Made by a program: the position numbers and the translations under genes | Shown here: positions 30,801-45,800 of the stretch, piece by piece | Numbering within the stretch: the first letter of the stretch is position 1 | Layout: every line of letters begins with the position of its first letter | Notes under the pieces: generated by a model | Told to the model about the DNA's origin: nothing | Database searches by the model: none | What the model saw: the letters and a program-made list of their open reading frames with translations, nothing else | Assembly (NCBI GenBank): GCA_976551045.1 | Contig: CDPCPM010000213.1 | Coordinates: forward strand, 2,914,001-2,978,000 | Origin: Glaucostegus cemiculus | Lineage: Eukaryota | Direction of reading: 5' to 3' | Length of the DNA stretch: 64,000 nucleotides

Positions 30801-33800
30801 CACTCTCTTAAATCCACTGATGAGTAAAAACAAAATGAACTGTAAAGATATACAAGATGTCAACTGAATCAGCACCTAAAAGGCATAAATAGGGTAACAT
30901 GATCATCTTAGAATTTATTCTTATCTGATATCTTATTGTTATAGCAGACAAAAGGAGAAGGGGGGGAACATAAAAACATTCTCCTACCAGTGAACATGTA
31001 GCAAAAGACGGCTCTTAGATCTGGGTTTTCTGTCAGCTCATTAACAATATGAGTAACACTTGTGCTTGCAATCTTAAATATCGTGGAGATCCAATGGATA
31101 ATGCCAGTGCTGACAAGAAATTTGGCCAGTGAAAAGGGGATCATTTTCAGGATAGCCATCAGGGGTACATGTCTCGAAGCGTGCTGCAACATCAATAAAA
31201 ATGATCCCATTTACTATTCGTGGAACTGAAGGCATGGTCATATTTTTAGGACATTCAGAAGAATTTATTTAACAGAAGATGACCACACTTTACCTTCAAT
31301 TAGATGTGCACTGAACAAGTCATCAGATGCAATATTTCTCATGTACCAGTAATTGGGCCAGAACTTGTTAACATGAGCCTACTGCCCACGATTGATCTGG
31401 AGTCACCCTGCACCCAAATGTATCTGACCTAGTGCAGAGGTCCTCACCTGTTGGCCTTTGCCATCCTGTCCTCCGGCAGTGAGCTATGAGTGGTCGCAAA
31501 GCTTTGAACTACACATTGAACAAAGCCCCAACCCCAAGATTCCCCTGAAGTCTTTAAACATCCAGCTGTTTAAAATGCTCCTGCATTCTCCGACATTCAG
31601 CAACCCTTAGCAACCAGCAAAACAAATTAATTTATTTCAACTTTTGCTCATAAAGCATTTTAAGTTAATTTAAGGAAAAGCGCAAATCACAAGTAATTAA
31701 GCAAAAGGAAATTAACATTTTTTTCCCCTCTTTCTTGCAGCCTCTACCATCTCCTTGAAGTCAATGGTGTTGAGGACACTGTGTCAGCCCTCACTCATCA
31801 CCAGCACAGGGCTGGGGAGTCAATCCCCCAATGGAGAATCTCAGTGAGGTGGAGCTCTATGGGAAGTCCACTAGCTGAGTGTCTTGTAACATGGAATCAT
31901 AGACACTTACTGGACAAAAGGAGGCCATTCAAACCTTCCAGTGCATGCCCCCATTATTACTCAGCAAGTTCTAGTCTCCCTTCCTTGCATGAAGATCATT
32001 GAATGACTACCATTTAAATGTGTAAATACTGGCCGTTCTATTCGGTATGAATACTGAATAGAACTGCTAGTATTCAAACATCAGCAAAACCCAGGCCATT
32101 ATATCTTAAGACTTCATAGATTATGCTTTCAAAGGAGTATGACTATTATTGTTTTCAAAGTATGAAAATGTTTCTCTGCTGTCCTTTTACCAAATTACTA
32201 GAATATAGTTAACAGCCTTTTAAAGAGGTTTTTAAATGCCTGATACACATAAAGTGACCACTAGATGGAGCTTAAGGGCCAACTGAGGGACAAATAAAGC
32301 TGAAAGAATTTCTCGAATACCACTTAGACCAAAATCACATGGGAAGAGCAAACATTTATGGTAAAATATCGACAAAGTATTTGAACAATTTGCTTTATTT
32401 TTGTTTGAAAGACTTTCATGACCAACTAGTATTACATTAACAAAGAGGAAATTCCTTCGAGGATGATACATTTTGCATTAAATGCCATTGGTATTGCAGA
32501 AACTTACCATGCAATGAAGCCATTTGGCCCACTGTTCTTTCAAAGACCAGTCACATCCATTCTCATTTTGCTGCTTTCTGTCTGAATTGTTATAATTTTC
32601 TTGGGTGAGCATACCTGGCAAATTCCCTCTTCCAATTTATTGAAGCAAAATCCGGCAAACTCCAGATTCCACCAATAAAACTTTGGTAAATTAAAAGTCT
32701 GACATATTGACTGTGAATTAGTTGAAAGTTTATATTGTCCATGTTCTTACTTAAACAAGGGGTAAGGGAGGAAGTTATTCCAGAAGTATACTGGGATAAA
32801 TAGAAATAGAAGGAGGTGATGATTTTTGGAAGGGAAGTCCTTTAGTCTTTCTAACACTAATGTATCAATGATACAAATGAATATATTTAAAATTACCTTT
32901 ACAAGTGCCATATATTTCTCGATTGCTTGCTCCTCCTGAGGAAATTGCCTCTTCAAGGCATCGATAAACCTTTGCTTACCACTGTGAAGTTCATATTTAC
33001 GAGAGTTGTCACCTTTACCCAGGATGATATTATCGTACTGATCATCCATTCGAAGCCATTCCACCTGCCCGTCAGTTATTTGGTCCATGATGACCCGCAG
33101 CATTCCACACTCATGCATTTGTCCTAAATAGTGGACACCTGAGGCCAGAGGAAGGAGTAGGTTAACTTTGTGAATTTTATGCCATAACAACCAAAGAGCT
33201 CCAGGTTTTCTCATTTCCCATCTGTGCGGAGTTGCCCAATTCATTTCTGCCAGCAGATGGAGCAATAAAGCAGCTTTAATTTTTCTTGGCTGATTTAGGC
33301 TCAGTTGCCAGATTTCCTGCTTCAGAACTTGAGTCATCGAGTTGTGTGGCATAGAAACAGACCCACCACGTTTATGCTGACATTGTACCTATCTATTCTA
33401 ATCCGACTTGCCTGCATTAATTCCATATTCCTCTTATGCCCTGGTCATTCAAGTACCTGTTCAGGTGCTTCAAATGTTGAGCAGCTCATTCCAAATATCA
33501 GCTACTATTTGTGTGAAAAATTTACTCCCTGGATTCCCCTTTAAACTCTTCCCTCTCACCTTAAGCCGATGCTCTCTAGCTTTAGACACCCCTACCATGG
33601 GAAGTAGACACTGGCTATTCACCCTGTCTTTGCCTCTTTCATGTCACCTTTGCTCCAGACATAAGTACAGTAGCCATTCAATAAGATCATGGCTAAACTA
33701 TTACCTCTGTACCACTTCCTGAATTAGACCATAGAACATAGAATATAGAACAGTACAGCGCAGGAAAAGGCCCTTCAGCCCACAATATCTGTGCCAACCA

Positions 33801-36800
33801 TGATGCCCATTTCAACTGCAATCTGCCTGCACATGGCCTATATCCCTCAATTCTCTACCTGTTCACGTACCTATCAAAATGCCTATCAAGCCCAGACAGC
33901 TTGATTTCCTGGCTATCCAAAGACCTACCAGTCACTGTCTTGATTATATTCTGCAACTGAGCCTCCACAGACCTCTTGAGTAAAGAACAAGATAACAAAT
34001 TTCACGATATATGTCAGCGATAATAAACCTGATTCTGATTCTGAGAGTCAGTCCCTTGTGAGTGAAGAAATGTCCTCTCGTCTCTGCCCTACTTGCCTCC
34101 CCTTTAGTTTGTGAATGCTGTTTCACGTTACACAAAATTAAGCCAGACAATTCCTTCTTTCAAAGGTTACTTCTGACCCCATAACCTATCCAGAAAAGCT
34201 TGGTTTGAGTGTTATCTTGTGGAAAGCTCGCTGATAGTACCCTAGGCCCCTGCCAAAATCTCAGAGACAGCCAATTAAAGGAGTGCACACAAGCCGGAAC
34301 TTTGAAGACTAACCTTCATAGATTGAGATGGGTGGCACGCTGATGCGGCCCTTAGTACTGTCCCTCACAGCTCCAGTGACTCAGATTCAATCCTGAGTTC
34401 CAATGATCTGTGCACGATGTTTGCATGTTCTCCCTGTGACCACATAGGCTTCCCCCAGGTGCTCCAATTCCCTTTCATATCGCAAAGATGTGTGGGTTGG
34501 CAGGATGTTTGGTAACTGCAAATTATCCCTAGTGTACTTGGGTGGCAGGAGAATCAGTGGGAGTTGATGGGCACGTGGGAGAATGAGAATGATGGAATTG
34601 CTCTCCAAGCTGGTATAGACTTGATGGATCAAACGGCCTCTTTCTATGGCATAAGGAAGTATGGGATTAAGATAATAAAGCAATTTGTTTTATGACTAGT
34701 GCAATGAAACACCAATATTATTAAAATTTAATACAACAAACCAATGTACAAAGCAATAATTTGGAATGGATCAATACCAATCATATTACCAGTTTACTAT
34801 GAAAGAAGCTACTTGAACATTAACTTCAAATAGTCAATGTGATTTAACATTGCTAGTCTTGCTAACTCACCTGGTTGCAATCTTACTCAATTTGTTTAAG
34901 GGGGTGATAAGGGATTAAATATGCAGGTCAGTATTCTCCTCATGAACAAACTGGGTAGGGCAGATGTCGAAAGACTCAGAAGAGGGAATTAATTGGTTCC
35001 TTATTTCCTTGTGTCATAAGAAGCAGGAGAGTTGACTAGAAGACCTCAGCTTTCTTCCATGACCTTTAAGCTGTGAGTTGATGGTGCTTTATGGGGAACA
35101 ACCCAGGTTTTATTAGTTCCCTTATCTAACTGAAGTCCCATAGTCTGCGCCAATAAATTCACCTCATATCTTCCTTGAAGGCTGGATTTGAATGCAAATT
35201 CCAGATAGGGACAAAATCAGTGATATGAAAAGTTTTAGTCTCATTTACATGTTTTTCATACTCTCCTTCCTGGAATATTCCATGAACCCATAAACACGAC
35301 CTCATTACTCCTTTTTGCGCTATTTGTTTATTTTGTAATTTATAGTAACTTCATGTCTTTGCACTGTACTGCTGCCGCAAAACAACAAATTTCACCTCAT
35401 GAGGCAGTGATAATAAATCTGATTCTGAATCTGATTCTGACCCGGCAGGAGCAGTGGAATGAAATGGACTGAAGAGACCCATAAAGCACATTTAACACCA
35501 CTGATCAGAGACAAATTTCTAGAAATGTAAGTTTATGTACGGCGGTCTGAACATTCCTATCCAGTCTTTTATTTAATATGTTAATCCACACCTAGCCTCT
35601 CTGTTCCTTCCCCAGATTAAAAATTGTGCCACTTAGTTTAAATTTAATTGTGCCACTCTTATTCTTCTACCAGAATTTATCACTTAGGATGTTTCTGTGT
35701 TAATCAGACCAATAATTCTCAATCTGTATTCCTCCTGAGGTCTGCTACTAACTTCTCCACACTTGATAGCACTTCTGCCATCTGGCAGCTTCGAGATAAT
35801 CCCCTGCACATCAAAATCCAAGTCATTAATATATCCAGGAGAGTAGTGGTGCTAATGCTGACCCCACATTTGTAAAATAGCCACACTTTAGTCCTCTCTG
35901 TTTTATGTCAGTTGTTTATTTTCTTATCCTGCCACTCATGCTGCCATTTATCCTTGCACCAATTCTGCTGACATGTCCAGTATATGGTACTTCTAATAAA
36001 ATCCTTTTAGCTCCCTATCATGTCCCCTGCTGATCTATTCCCCCACAGAATCTATTACTAAGACCACAGAATCTTTTCCACGCTAAGAGTCATCTCCTTC
36101 AATGCATTTACAGACACATGTTCCAAGATCCAAAGATGTAAAATGCATACTTCCTTCACTACCTGTGCATTAACTCTTCACTCCATGACCTCTGATAGTT
36201 TACTATCCTGAAACAAATGTATACACCCCTTGTTGGGCTTGTGTGTTGCTGTTTCTGCAGCCACCTCCAGTCCTACTCCCAGCTCTGCCATCCTCCTGCC
36301 TCTGGCCTTCTGTGCAATGCACCTTCCTGACTTTAGGGCAGAACTGTCAGAAATTTTGCTTCTATTCCTTCAAGCTCTTTCCTGAACCTCTTCACCTCAT
36401 CCCTGAAGCTACTTCAAAGCTCTGGCTTCAGGCATATTTCATCTCCTTCTCTTGTTCTGCGCGCACATGCTTGTCCCATGTGAAGTTTCAAGGAACACAG
36501 ATCATGCAACTTTTCATTCTCTCTCATTAAAGGGCATGTCTGCTCATCAAATGACTGAACCAACTTATTTTACATTCAAAGCAAGTGATAAAGCCGCCAG
36601 GCAATGTATTCGGAGAGCTCTGTAGACACATTTGAGAAATGGCTTACCAACGTCAAACTCAAATCCATTTTCAATGAATGTGTGACAACAGCCTCCAGCC
36701 TGGTCATGTTGCTCCAGCACCAGAACACGTTTGCCAGCTTTGGCCAGCACTGCTGCCACTGTGAGTCCTCCAATTCCACTGCCAATCACGATGGCATCAA

Positions 36801-39800
36801 GGTGAGCGGGCACTCTGTTTGTGGTAAAGCCTGAAAAGACAGAATGCGGTAGACATTTTAACAGTGACTGCTGTGGCAACTTTCGTTTGGATTAAAGGAG
36901 TTCAGGAGTCAGAATTGTGAAACCCTTCCCAGTTTCCTGATGTCCAAAAGCAGTCATTCCCTATCATATAACTGGGCTCCATGGATGGCACGGTAGCATA
37001 GTGGTTAGCACAATGCTTTACAGTGCCAGTGACCCGGGTTCAAATCCGGCCTCAAGATGTATTTCGCTGTGTGTTTCGATGTACATGTGACAAATAAAGA
37101 TCTTATCTTATTTTAGTGGTTCAGTGTTACTGAGTAAAGCAATGTTAATGGTCAAGATTTATCATTGGGAAATAGATAGAATGGTGCATGAAAGAACTTA
37201 TTAAAAACTTAGTAAGATTCATAACACATATAATTTAAGGATGATTAATAGGATTTCAGTGAATCAGTTTCACAGGAAGCAAATTATATTGAGATGGAGA
37301 ATTCTCTGCCAGTGGAAATAAGAATGGAATGGGCTCCCTTTTATGTTTTTCCACCAGTGGTTTTTCAGACTCTCTCTTAGCCTCCTTAATTTTCTTTTTA
37401 AATCGCTTGTGAACAGTCTGTAATCATCCTGGTTCTCTCTTGTATCTCCAGGTATAACTAGGCATCTTTTCTCTGCTCTATTTTACTTCCTACCTTCTTG
37501 GTTACCCAGCTGCTCTGGCTTTAATTTCCCTACCATTCTCTCTGATGGGAATGTATCTAAGGCCTTGTATGCCAGTGGAGGTTTCTCAGAGTGGACATTG
37601 TTCCTTATCTCAATACAACTAGATGTCTTGTTCGTTTGAGACCTTAAGTCTTACTAAAGGGAGCTAACCTTCAATTTATCACTGCTGCTTAACGGGGATG
37701 TTACTTATGGAAGCCAGTATTGTTTCTTATCTTACACTGCTCAGTGTCTGTGGTTATGTTCATTTCACAGTTTAATTACCACCGATGGTGCTGCAAAACT
37801 GATTCTGACTCATAATTCTGTAATCAATCAGTTAATCCATGGAGATTCACTGCTTCAGTCATTATCAATCTCCTGTCTTGCACTGCACTTTCTCTGTAGC
37901 TGTGACACTTTATTCTGTACTGTTACTGTTTTTACTGTACTACTTCAATGTACTTTGTACTAACTATGTAACTGCACTGTGTAATGAATTGACCTGTACG
38001 ATCGGTTTGTAAGACAAGCTTTTCACTGTACCTCGGTACAAGTGACAATAGTAAACCAATACCAATTGTACTTCCTTAGAATTTTCAGAGAGTATCATGA
38101 TCCATTATTCACCCTTCTATGTGACAACCTCCAGATACTTATTCAAACTGAAAATACTGTCCATATTCTTGTTTGGGGTGGTTGTTTTTAACCATTTGAC
38201 TACCACGGGTCTCCTGTTGTTCAATTAGAGTTTTTCCTGCCAAGTTTTGATTGAGGTTTACCCAGGCCGGATCTTAACTCATCCCTTTGAAATTAGCTCT
38301 TCCCTAATAAACATCGTTTAACCTGGGCATTGAAGAATTTGATGATTTTTCCCATAGCTTATTCTAAACCTTTTGCTATTATGATTTCTCCTTCCTAGGT
38401 GTTCTCCCACTGATATCTTCTTCACTTAGCCTGATTCTCTATTCCCCAGAGCCAAGTTCAGCAATGTTGTCTTCCTCACGGGGGCAGAAAGTATTTATTC
38501 AAGAAAGTTTTTCTGAAACTCTTCTGCACCTTTGCTTCTTATGTTACAGTCTACATTTATATAATTGAAGTGGTCATTATCACTTCTTCTTGGGTAGTCC
38601 CTTAGGGTCAAGGATGACTTGCTTCCACTCTGGTATCATGGGTTCGATAGTGACTGATTAGATCGATGGAGCCTCTTCCACAGATGGAACAGTACGTGTC
38701 TGATGGGGAGGGCAGGCGGGTAGTTTATAAGGTACTGTACTCCTTCCACCACTTCTGCAGGGCTTCTGTGTGGCCTTCATGCATGGGCCTGAGGTTCTTA
38801 ATACAATATGGTGGGTGGTTCTGTTAGCAATTGTTAGACGTAGGACTTCCTTCAGGAATTGAATACAACTGTGTAGTCATTTCAATGGAACCTACCAATG
38901 GAATTGTGGTTACCCTGACTCGTGTATCCCTCTATCATGGCAAACACATGACCTAGTGCTTGTGTGATTCTTAACTTGAGACAAGCTAAGTTCCCCAATT
39001 GGTTCCACTTGTCTACACATGTCTGATAGTCTCAAAGTTAGACAGAGATTAAAGAATGCAATGTATGCTGCAGTGTGTGTGCAGGGAAGAAGATAGTCAA
39101 ATGCCATAAAAACCATAACTACTATCTTTAAACACAGGCACATTCAACTGCAAGGATCTGATTGTGGAGCACCATGCCCTGAAGCACAGTCACATCAGGG
39201 TGGCTAGAATCCAAAAAACAACATAATGCTTGCTGGAAGGAGTCAACAAAGAGGACATGGTCAAACTCATGGAGGAACATTTTATTGCTAACACCCTTAT
39301 ATTCTTGTAGATAGTCAGACTAGATAGTACAGATATAGGTCCACATGGAGGTGTATCTGTGGGAGGAAAGGAACCATTGACGTTTCAGGTTGAAACCCTG
39401 CACCAATCCTGATGCAGAATTTTGACCTGAAACATCAACAATGCTTGACCTGCTGAGCTCCTCCATCAGATTGTTTGTTGCTCCAGGTTCCAACATCTGC
39501 AGTCTCTCGTGTCTCCACATAGAGATGTGCTTTTGTAGTAGCTTAGAGTTTTGGATAGGGATCCTTTCGTGAAGGACCTTTTGTTGAGGTTATCGGTAAT
39601 TAGACTTTGGCCTCTCTCGGACAGATGTCTGTCCAGGATGTGTTAGGGGTTGTTAAACACTGGATGGCAGGTATTAAAACAAATGAGAACCGGTGCTCAA
39701 ACAAAACCTGTTCATATGTAAACTACAAGTAATGGGTTTGAAATGAAAATGACAATTTTGTAAACAAACAGTATGGTCAACAGAACAGCTGCAGCTGGTG

Positions 39801-42800
39801 CACCACAGAAGGACGCTCAAGAAATATGGTTAGTAAACTGACATGACTGTGAGTCATTCTCATCTGCATCAGCCAAATGTAAAACAATGGAGCTATGTTA
39901 AGTGGCCTTCATGAAACCGGGCATATGACATTTTCAGCTAAGTCACTTTGCCCATTGTGACTGAGATCAGGGAGGTTTGCAGACCAGATTAATTTTGCAC
40001 TTTGCATGTCAAACATGGTTAGAGGCACATTTGTTCTATCCATCAATAATTGAGAATTTTGTGTATTCATAGAGTAAGGCCTTCAAAACACTAATTTTGG
40101 GTGTCTGGGGTTTTTGTCCTCAAAAAATATTGGACCAGTCACATAAATTACTTAGTCCCAGCAAAGTGTTTGAACATTCATAGGTGTTTGGTCAGTTACA
40201 GCGTACTCCCATTATAGATACATAATTCAGTGGAACCAATGAGCAGGCACGGTAGTGTAGCGGTCAGCGTAACGCTATTACAGCGCCAGCAGCCCGGGTT
40301 CAATTCCACCTGTGTCTGTAAGGAGTTTGTACATTCTCCCCGTGTCTGTGTGGATTTCCTCTGGGTGCTTCAGTTTCCTCCCACATTCCAAAAATGTACG
40401 GGTAAGGAAGTTGTGAGCATGCTATGTTGGTGCCGGAAACGTGGCGACACTTGCGGGCTGCCCCCAGAACACTATGTATAAAGGTGCATTTCACTGTATG
40501 TTTCAATGTACACATGACTAATTAAGATATCTTATCTTATCATTTGTCAGACATAAAATATTAAAGTAAATGTAATTGTAACTCTTGAAATTGTATCTAA
40601 TCACCTGCTGTTATCTTTGTTCTTACGAAAACAAGAACTCAATGTACTTTGAGTTCAAGAAGATCTTCCTGTTCATCCAGTTTCACTCCAAAAGAGAGAA
40701 TGTTCCCCAGAATGCCTGCTTGTGCTGAATAAAGAGCTTTTACATCTACAGCTCCAGTCTCTGTGTGGCTCCTTCATTCTTGTCTTGACCACACCCTTTC
40801 ACCCATTTCACACAAAGGCAACCTGTCAAACAATGCATTGCTACTAGTGCAAGTTACAATTTGGCTTTGGGGATTAGCAAAAGGTAATTCCATAGTGTTC
40901 TGCATGGCAGTGTCATCTGCACATGTTATGGTTCAATTTATGAAAAAGGTGATATCAATATCTTAGTAAAAATACGGTACTGCAATATCTGGAATGATGA
41001 TTTCAGGCTTTAAGATTTCATATGAAACAAAATGGAAAAAAAGGTGACTTAATATACATGAGATCACGGAGGAAGGTTGATGTCAAGCAGGGTGGCATCA
41101 TCACCAAAACTTCTGTCACTCTTTCTCGCTTCATATATGCACCTCACCTCCAACAGGCTTCCTGCTGGAGTGAAGCTAATGTACAAGGCCAATGAGGAAC
41201 CTACTTGGCCTCCACTATCAAACCAAGGTTACCCCACCTTCAGCCATTGCCTGGGGTTTACAGATAATGATTGTGCATCCATACATTAAGGCTGCACTCC
41301 AAGTCCTTGCGTACTCATTCACTGAAGCATATAAGAGATTGGACCTTAATCTAAATATCTACAAAACAAAGAGCCTTTTACAACCTGCCTCTGCTGTACA
41401 ACATCACTAACTGACAATAAAGGTCCCCAGCGAGTATCTGGAAAGCCATATGGTAGGGCACTAGGGAGTGTAATGGAACAGAGGGACCTAGGAGTAAAAG
41501 TGTGTATTTCATTGAAAGTGGCGTCACAGGTAGACAGGATGGTGAAAAAGACATCTAGAATACTGGACTTCATCAATCAGGGCATGGAGTAGGGGAGTTG
41601 GGACATTAAGTTGCAGTTCTATAAATCATTGCCACTTGGAGTACTGTGTACAGTTTTGGTCACGCTGTTAGAGGAAAGACGTGGTTAAATTGGAAAGAGT
41701 ACAGATAAGATTTATGAGGATGTTGCCAGGACTAAAGGGCCTAAGTTATAGGGAGAGTTTGGCTAGGCTAGGTCTCTATTCCTTGGAAATGTTTAAAATT
41801 ATGAGAGGCATACATATGGTGGATGGTAACACTCTTTTCCCCAGGGTAAGGGAGTCCAAAACTAGGGGTCATAGAGTTAGGGTAAGAGGGGAAAGATTTA
41901 AAGGGACCTGAGGGGCAACTGCTTCATGCAGAGTGTGGTGAGTGAATGGAATGAGTTGCCACTGGAAGTGGTGGATTCAGGTACCATAGTATCATTTAAG
42001 AAGCACTTGGATAGGTACATGGAGGGGCAGGGCTTAGAGGGATATGGGTCAAATGCAAGAAATTGGGACAAGCTGGGTGGGCACCATGGTCAGCATGGAC
42101 TCGTTGGACTGAAGGGCCTGTATCCATGCTGTATTACCCTATGACTTTACAAAATCCTTTGTCACTTGCAGCTTGTTACAACCATAGAACCAGCAATTAC
42201 ATTTATGCAAATATAAGTGCAATGCATTGCCTTTACAATGAAAACTGACGAGCCCTACCTCCTGAATTGTTGCAAGACTTGATTAAATCCTGTCCTCACA
42301 CTTACCAGCTGTCAAAGATGTCCCGGAGACTGAATGTCTATGAATCATTCGTAAGCATTCAGAAACATGTAAGAAATATAATTTACCTAGACCACATTTT
42401 TTTCGATATTTGCAGATTAGAAATTTTTTAAAAGCTACTATACCTTCCTTTCCATTTCTTTATAAAGATGAAATTATTGATAAAATTTTAGGTTTTAATC
42501 CTCATCAGAAGGGCTTGACAGCAATAATTTATGATTTAATTATGAAAATACCAGCAGATTCACTGGACAAAATTAAAAATGATTGGGAAATTGAACTGCA
42601 GATTTCTATATCTATAGAGACTTGGAAGAAAATTCTTCATTTAGTTAATACATCCTCAATGTGTGCCAGACATTCATTGATACAGTTTAAAGTTGTGCAC
42701 AGGGCCTATATGTCCAAAGATAAGCTAGCTCGTTTTTATGATCGTATAAACCCTATATGTGACAGATGTAAATCAAACGTGGCTTCTTTGTCACATATGT

Positions 42801-45800
42801 TCTGGTCTTGTCCTAATTTGGAAAAATATTGGAAAGACATTTTTAATATTATTTCAGATGTATTGAAGATCGATTTACAACCTCACCCTATTACTGCAAT
42901 TTTTGGATTACCATGGATAAAGTCTGGCCATTTACCTGCTTCTGCTAATCGTATGATTGCTTTTGTTACATTGATGGCCAAACGAGCAATTCTGCTCAAA
43001 TGGAAGGATCCAATACCCCCTACCACTTTTCAATGGTTCTCTCAAACTATTTCATGTCTTAATTTGGAAAAAATTAGGAGTGGTACTGTTGATTCTTCGC
43101 TTAAATTTGAAGATGTTTGGAGTCCATTTATTCAATACTTTCATACAATGTAGTCTTCTATAACTTTTTTTTAAATTTAGAGAAACGGAGCTGACGACAT
43201 TATATTGTTCTATCTCTATTGAATTTTAGCCCAGTTTTTTTTTCTTCTTGTTTTGTTTTTTTTCCCCTTTTTTAAAAATTTATTTTTGGTTCAATTGATT
43301 CTATATTATGATTTTTTAAATTGTTTTTTCTTAAAAAAATGTTTTGGGGTTTTTTTTTGTTTTGTTTTTTTCCTTCTAATTATATAACAAATCTTTTTCT
43401 TTTTATTTTTTATATTACATTTATGAACTGAGATATTGTTGGAATTATTTCTTTTATATACATCATATTTTATTGCTTTTTTATGATTATCTATGATTTA
43501 TTTGATATTTATATAATACATGTGTAAACATTGTTGTTATATATCTTAACCTGTAATGATTTGTTATCAATAAAAAGATTGAAAAAGAAAGAAAGAAACA
43601 TGTAAGAATTATTAAAATTAAAAATCTTAAATTTTAAAACCTAAAAAAATAAACAAAGTACTTAAAATAACATAGGACTATAACAAGCAATGACATACAT
43701 TCAAATCAAGTACTTTAAATAATAATAAAAGAGAAGACAGCTTGTTCTTAGAGTCATAGAGTCTTACTGCACGTCAACAAGCCCTTCAGCACAAATGGTC
43801 CATGGCAATCAAGGTTTCCATCTAAGCTAGTACCATCTGCCCACATTTGGCCCAATCCCTCTAAACCTTTCCTAGCCATGTGCCTGTCCAATTACCTTTT
43901 AAATGTTCTTAATGTGCCTTCCACAACCACTTCCTCTGGCAGCTCATTCCATATACTAACCACTCTCTGGGTGAAAAAGTTGCCCCTCAGGTTCCTTTTA
44001 AATCTCTCCCCTCTCACCTTAAACCTATACCCTCTAGTTCTTGATTCCCCAACCCTGGGAAAGAAACCGTGCCCATTTACCACATCTATGTCCCTTCTTG
44101 TGGCAGGTTCAATTGGCACAGGTTTATCAGGCAGATTTTCCACCTTAACCATTGGAATATCTGCAGAAGTTTGTGTTCCCTTGGAGGACGACACAGTGCC
44201 GTTATCCTAGGATTGGTTGCCCGCAGGTAAAAAGTGATTATTCTGAATGGAAACGTCAGCTTTCAAATGTAAGATTTATACAGAAACTTTGACTACACAG
44301 TGACCATCTTTTGGGTATTAACTGTTCTACTTCAAAATCTGGGCCTCTGTACCTCCCCCTGCAACTGGATCCTCAGCTTCCTTATTGGGAAACCACGCAG
44401 AAGATCTGTCTTGGGCCCAACACATCGATGAAATCATGTAGGAGGCACACCAGCAACTCTAATTCATGAGGAGTTTGGTATTTCATGAAAATTTGGTATG
44501 TGACCAAAGACCTTTGCAAATTTGTACAGTGGAGAGTATTCTGACTGGTTGCATCACCTTCTCATATAGAGACTCCAATGTGCAGGACTGAAAGAGGCTG
44601 CAGAGGGTTATAGACTCAGCCAGCACCATCATGGACGCAACCCTCCCCATTACTGAGGACATCTTCAAGAGACTGTGCCTCAAGAAGGCGGCATCCATCA
44701 TTAAGGACCCTCACCATCCAGGACATGCTCTCTTCAGGGAGAAAGTACCGGAGTCAGAAGACCCACACTCAATATTTCAGGAACAGCTTCTTACCCTCTG
44801 CCATCAGATTTCTGAATGGTCCATGAACCCATGAACACTACCTCGTTATTCCTCTTTTGCATTACTTATTTATTTGTGTAATTTTTTGTTATTTTTATGT
44901 CTTTATGTCTTGCACTGTACCGTTGCCACAAAACAACAAATTTCATAATATATATCAGCAATAATAAACCTGATTCTGATACTAGGATCCCAATCAGCAA
45001 ATAGAAAGTGCTGGTCATCTGTTTGGATCAAATGTCTGGGTCCAACGTGTAAATAAGAAGCTTAATGCTTGATCAAGAGTTCCACTTCAGTGATGTCATT
45101 AGTCAGTAAAGTTGGAGACACAAGAGACTCTAGATGCTGGAATCTGGAGCAACAAGCAATCTGCTGGAGGAACTCACTGGGTCGAGCAGTATCTGTGGGA
45201 GGAAAAGATTTGTTGACGTTTAGGGTCAAAACCCTACATCAGGATTCATGCAGGGTCTTGACCCAAAATGTCAACAATTCCTTTCTTCCCACAGATGCTG
45301 CTCAACCCGCTGATTTCCTCTAGCAGATTGTCAGCAAAGTTGGGACTGTTTGCTAGTTAGATTAGCATTCTCCCTTTCCTGAATGTGTAACCTGGAGAAG
45401 GAAGTCTCCATCCAATACCATCCAAATTGCTTCCTCATAGATCCTGCATTCTTACAGCTTCAACTACAGCTCAACTCCCAATTCAGCTTTTAGCTTTGAT
45501 CCTCACTCCTGGCTATCCCTTGTTCCTCAACGCCAGCCAAAAAGCCTCCATGTTATTACAAGGTAGGTGCAGTTGGATACACAGCCCAAAGTCCAAAGTA
45601 GACAGTACAGTTTGCAAATGATGAATGAAAACATGTGTATAGCAATAAGTCCAGAAAACAGTTGGACTCTGCATTTAGTACAGACGTGCATTAGTAATTT
45701 TGATTTTGTGACCTAGTACATGCAATGCTTCACCTGAACATTAATATCTGATATATATTTATTGATCAACTCTGCTGAAAGTAACTATTCTGTCATGAAA

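Noticed and set aside
32747-33352. 201-aa ORF as a stand-alone gene
   Set aside because: Only 32897-33138 is RetSat-like and bounded by splice sites; the flanks are intron read-through. The same applies to ORFs 29135-29590, 36565-36879 and 9662-10030.
36987-37050. tRNA-like sequences (also 40246, 57610-57681, 60587)
   Set aside because: A/B boxes are followed by SINE body and tail and lack a complete cloverleaf; these are SINE heads, not tRNA genes.
43220-43560. T-rich low-complexity tract
   Set aside because: Explained as the 3'UTR of the TSD-flanked L1 insertion.
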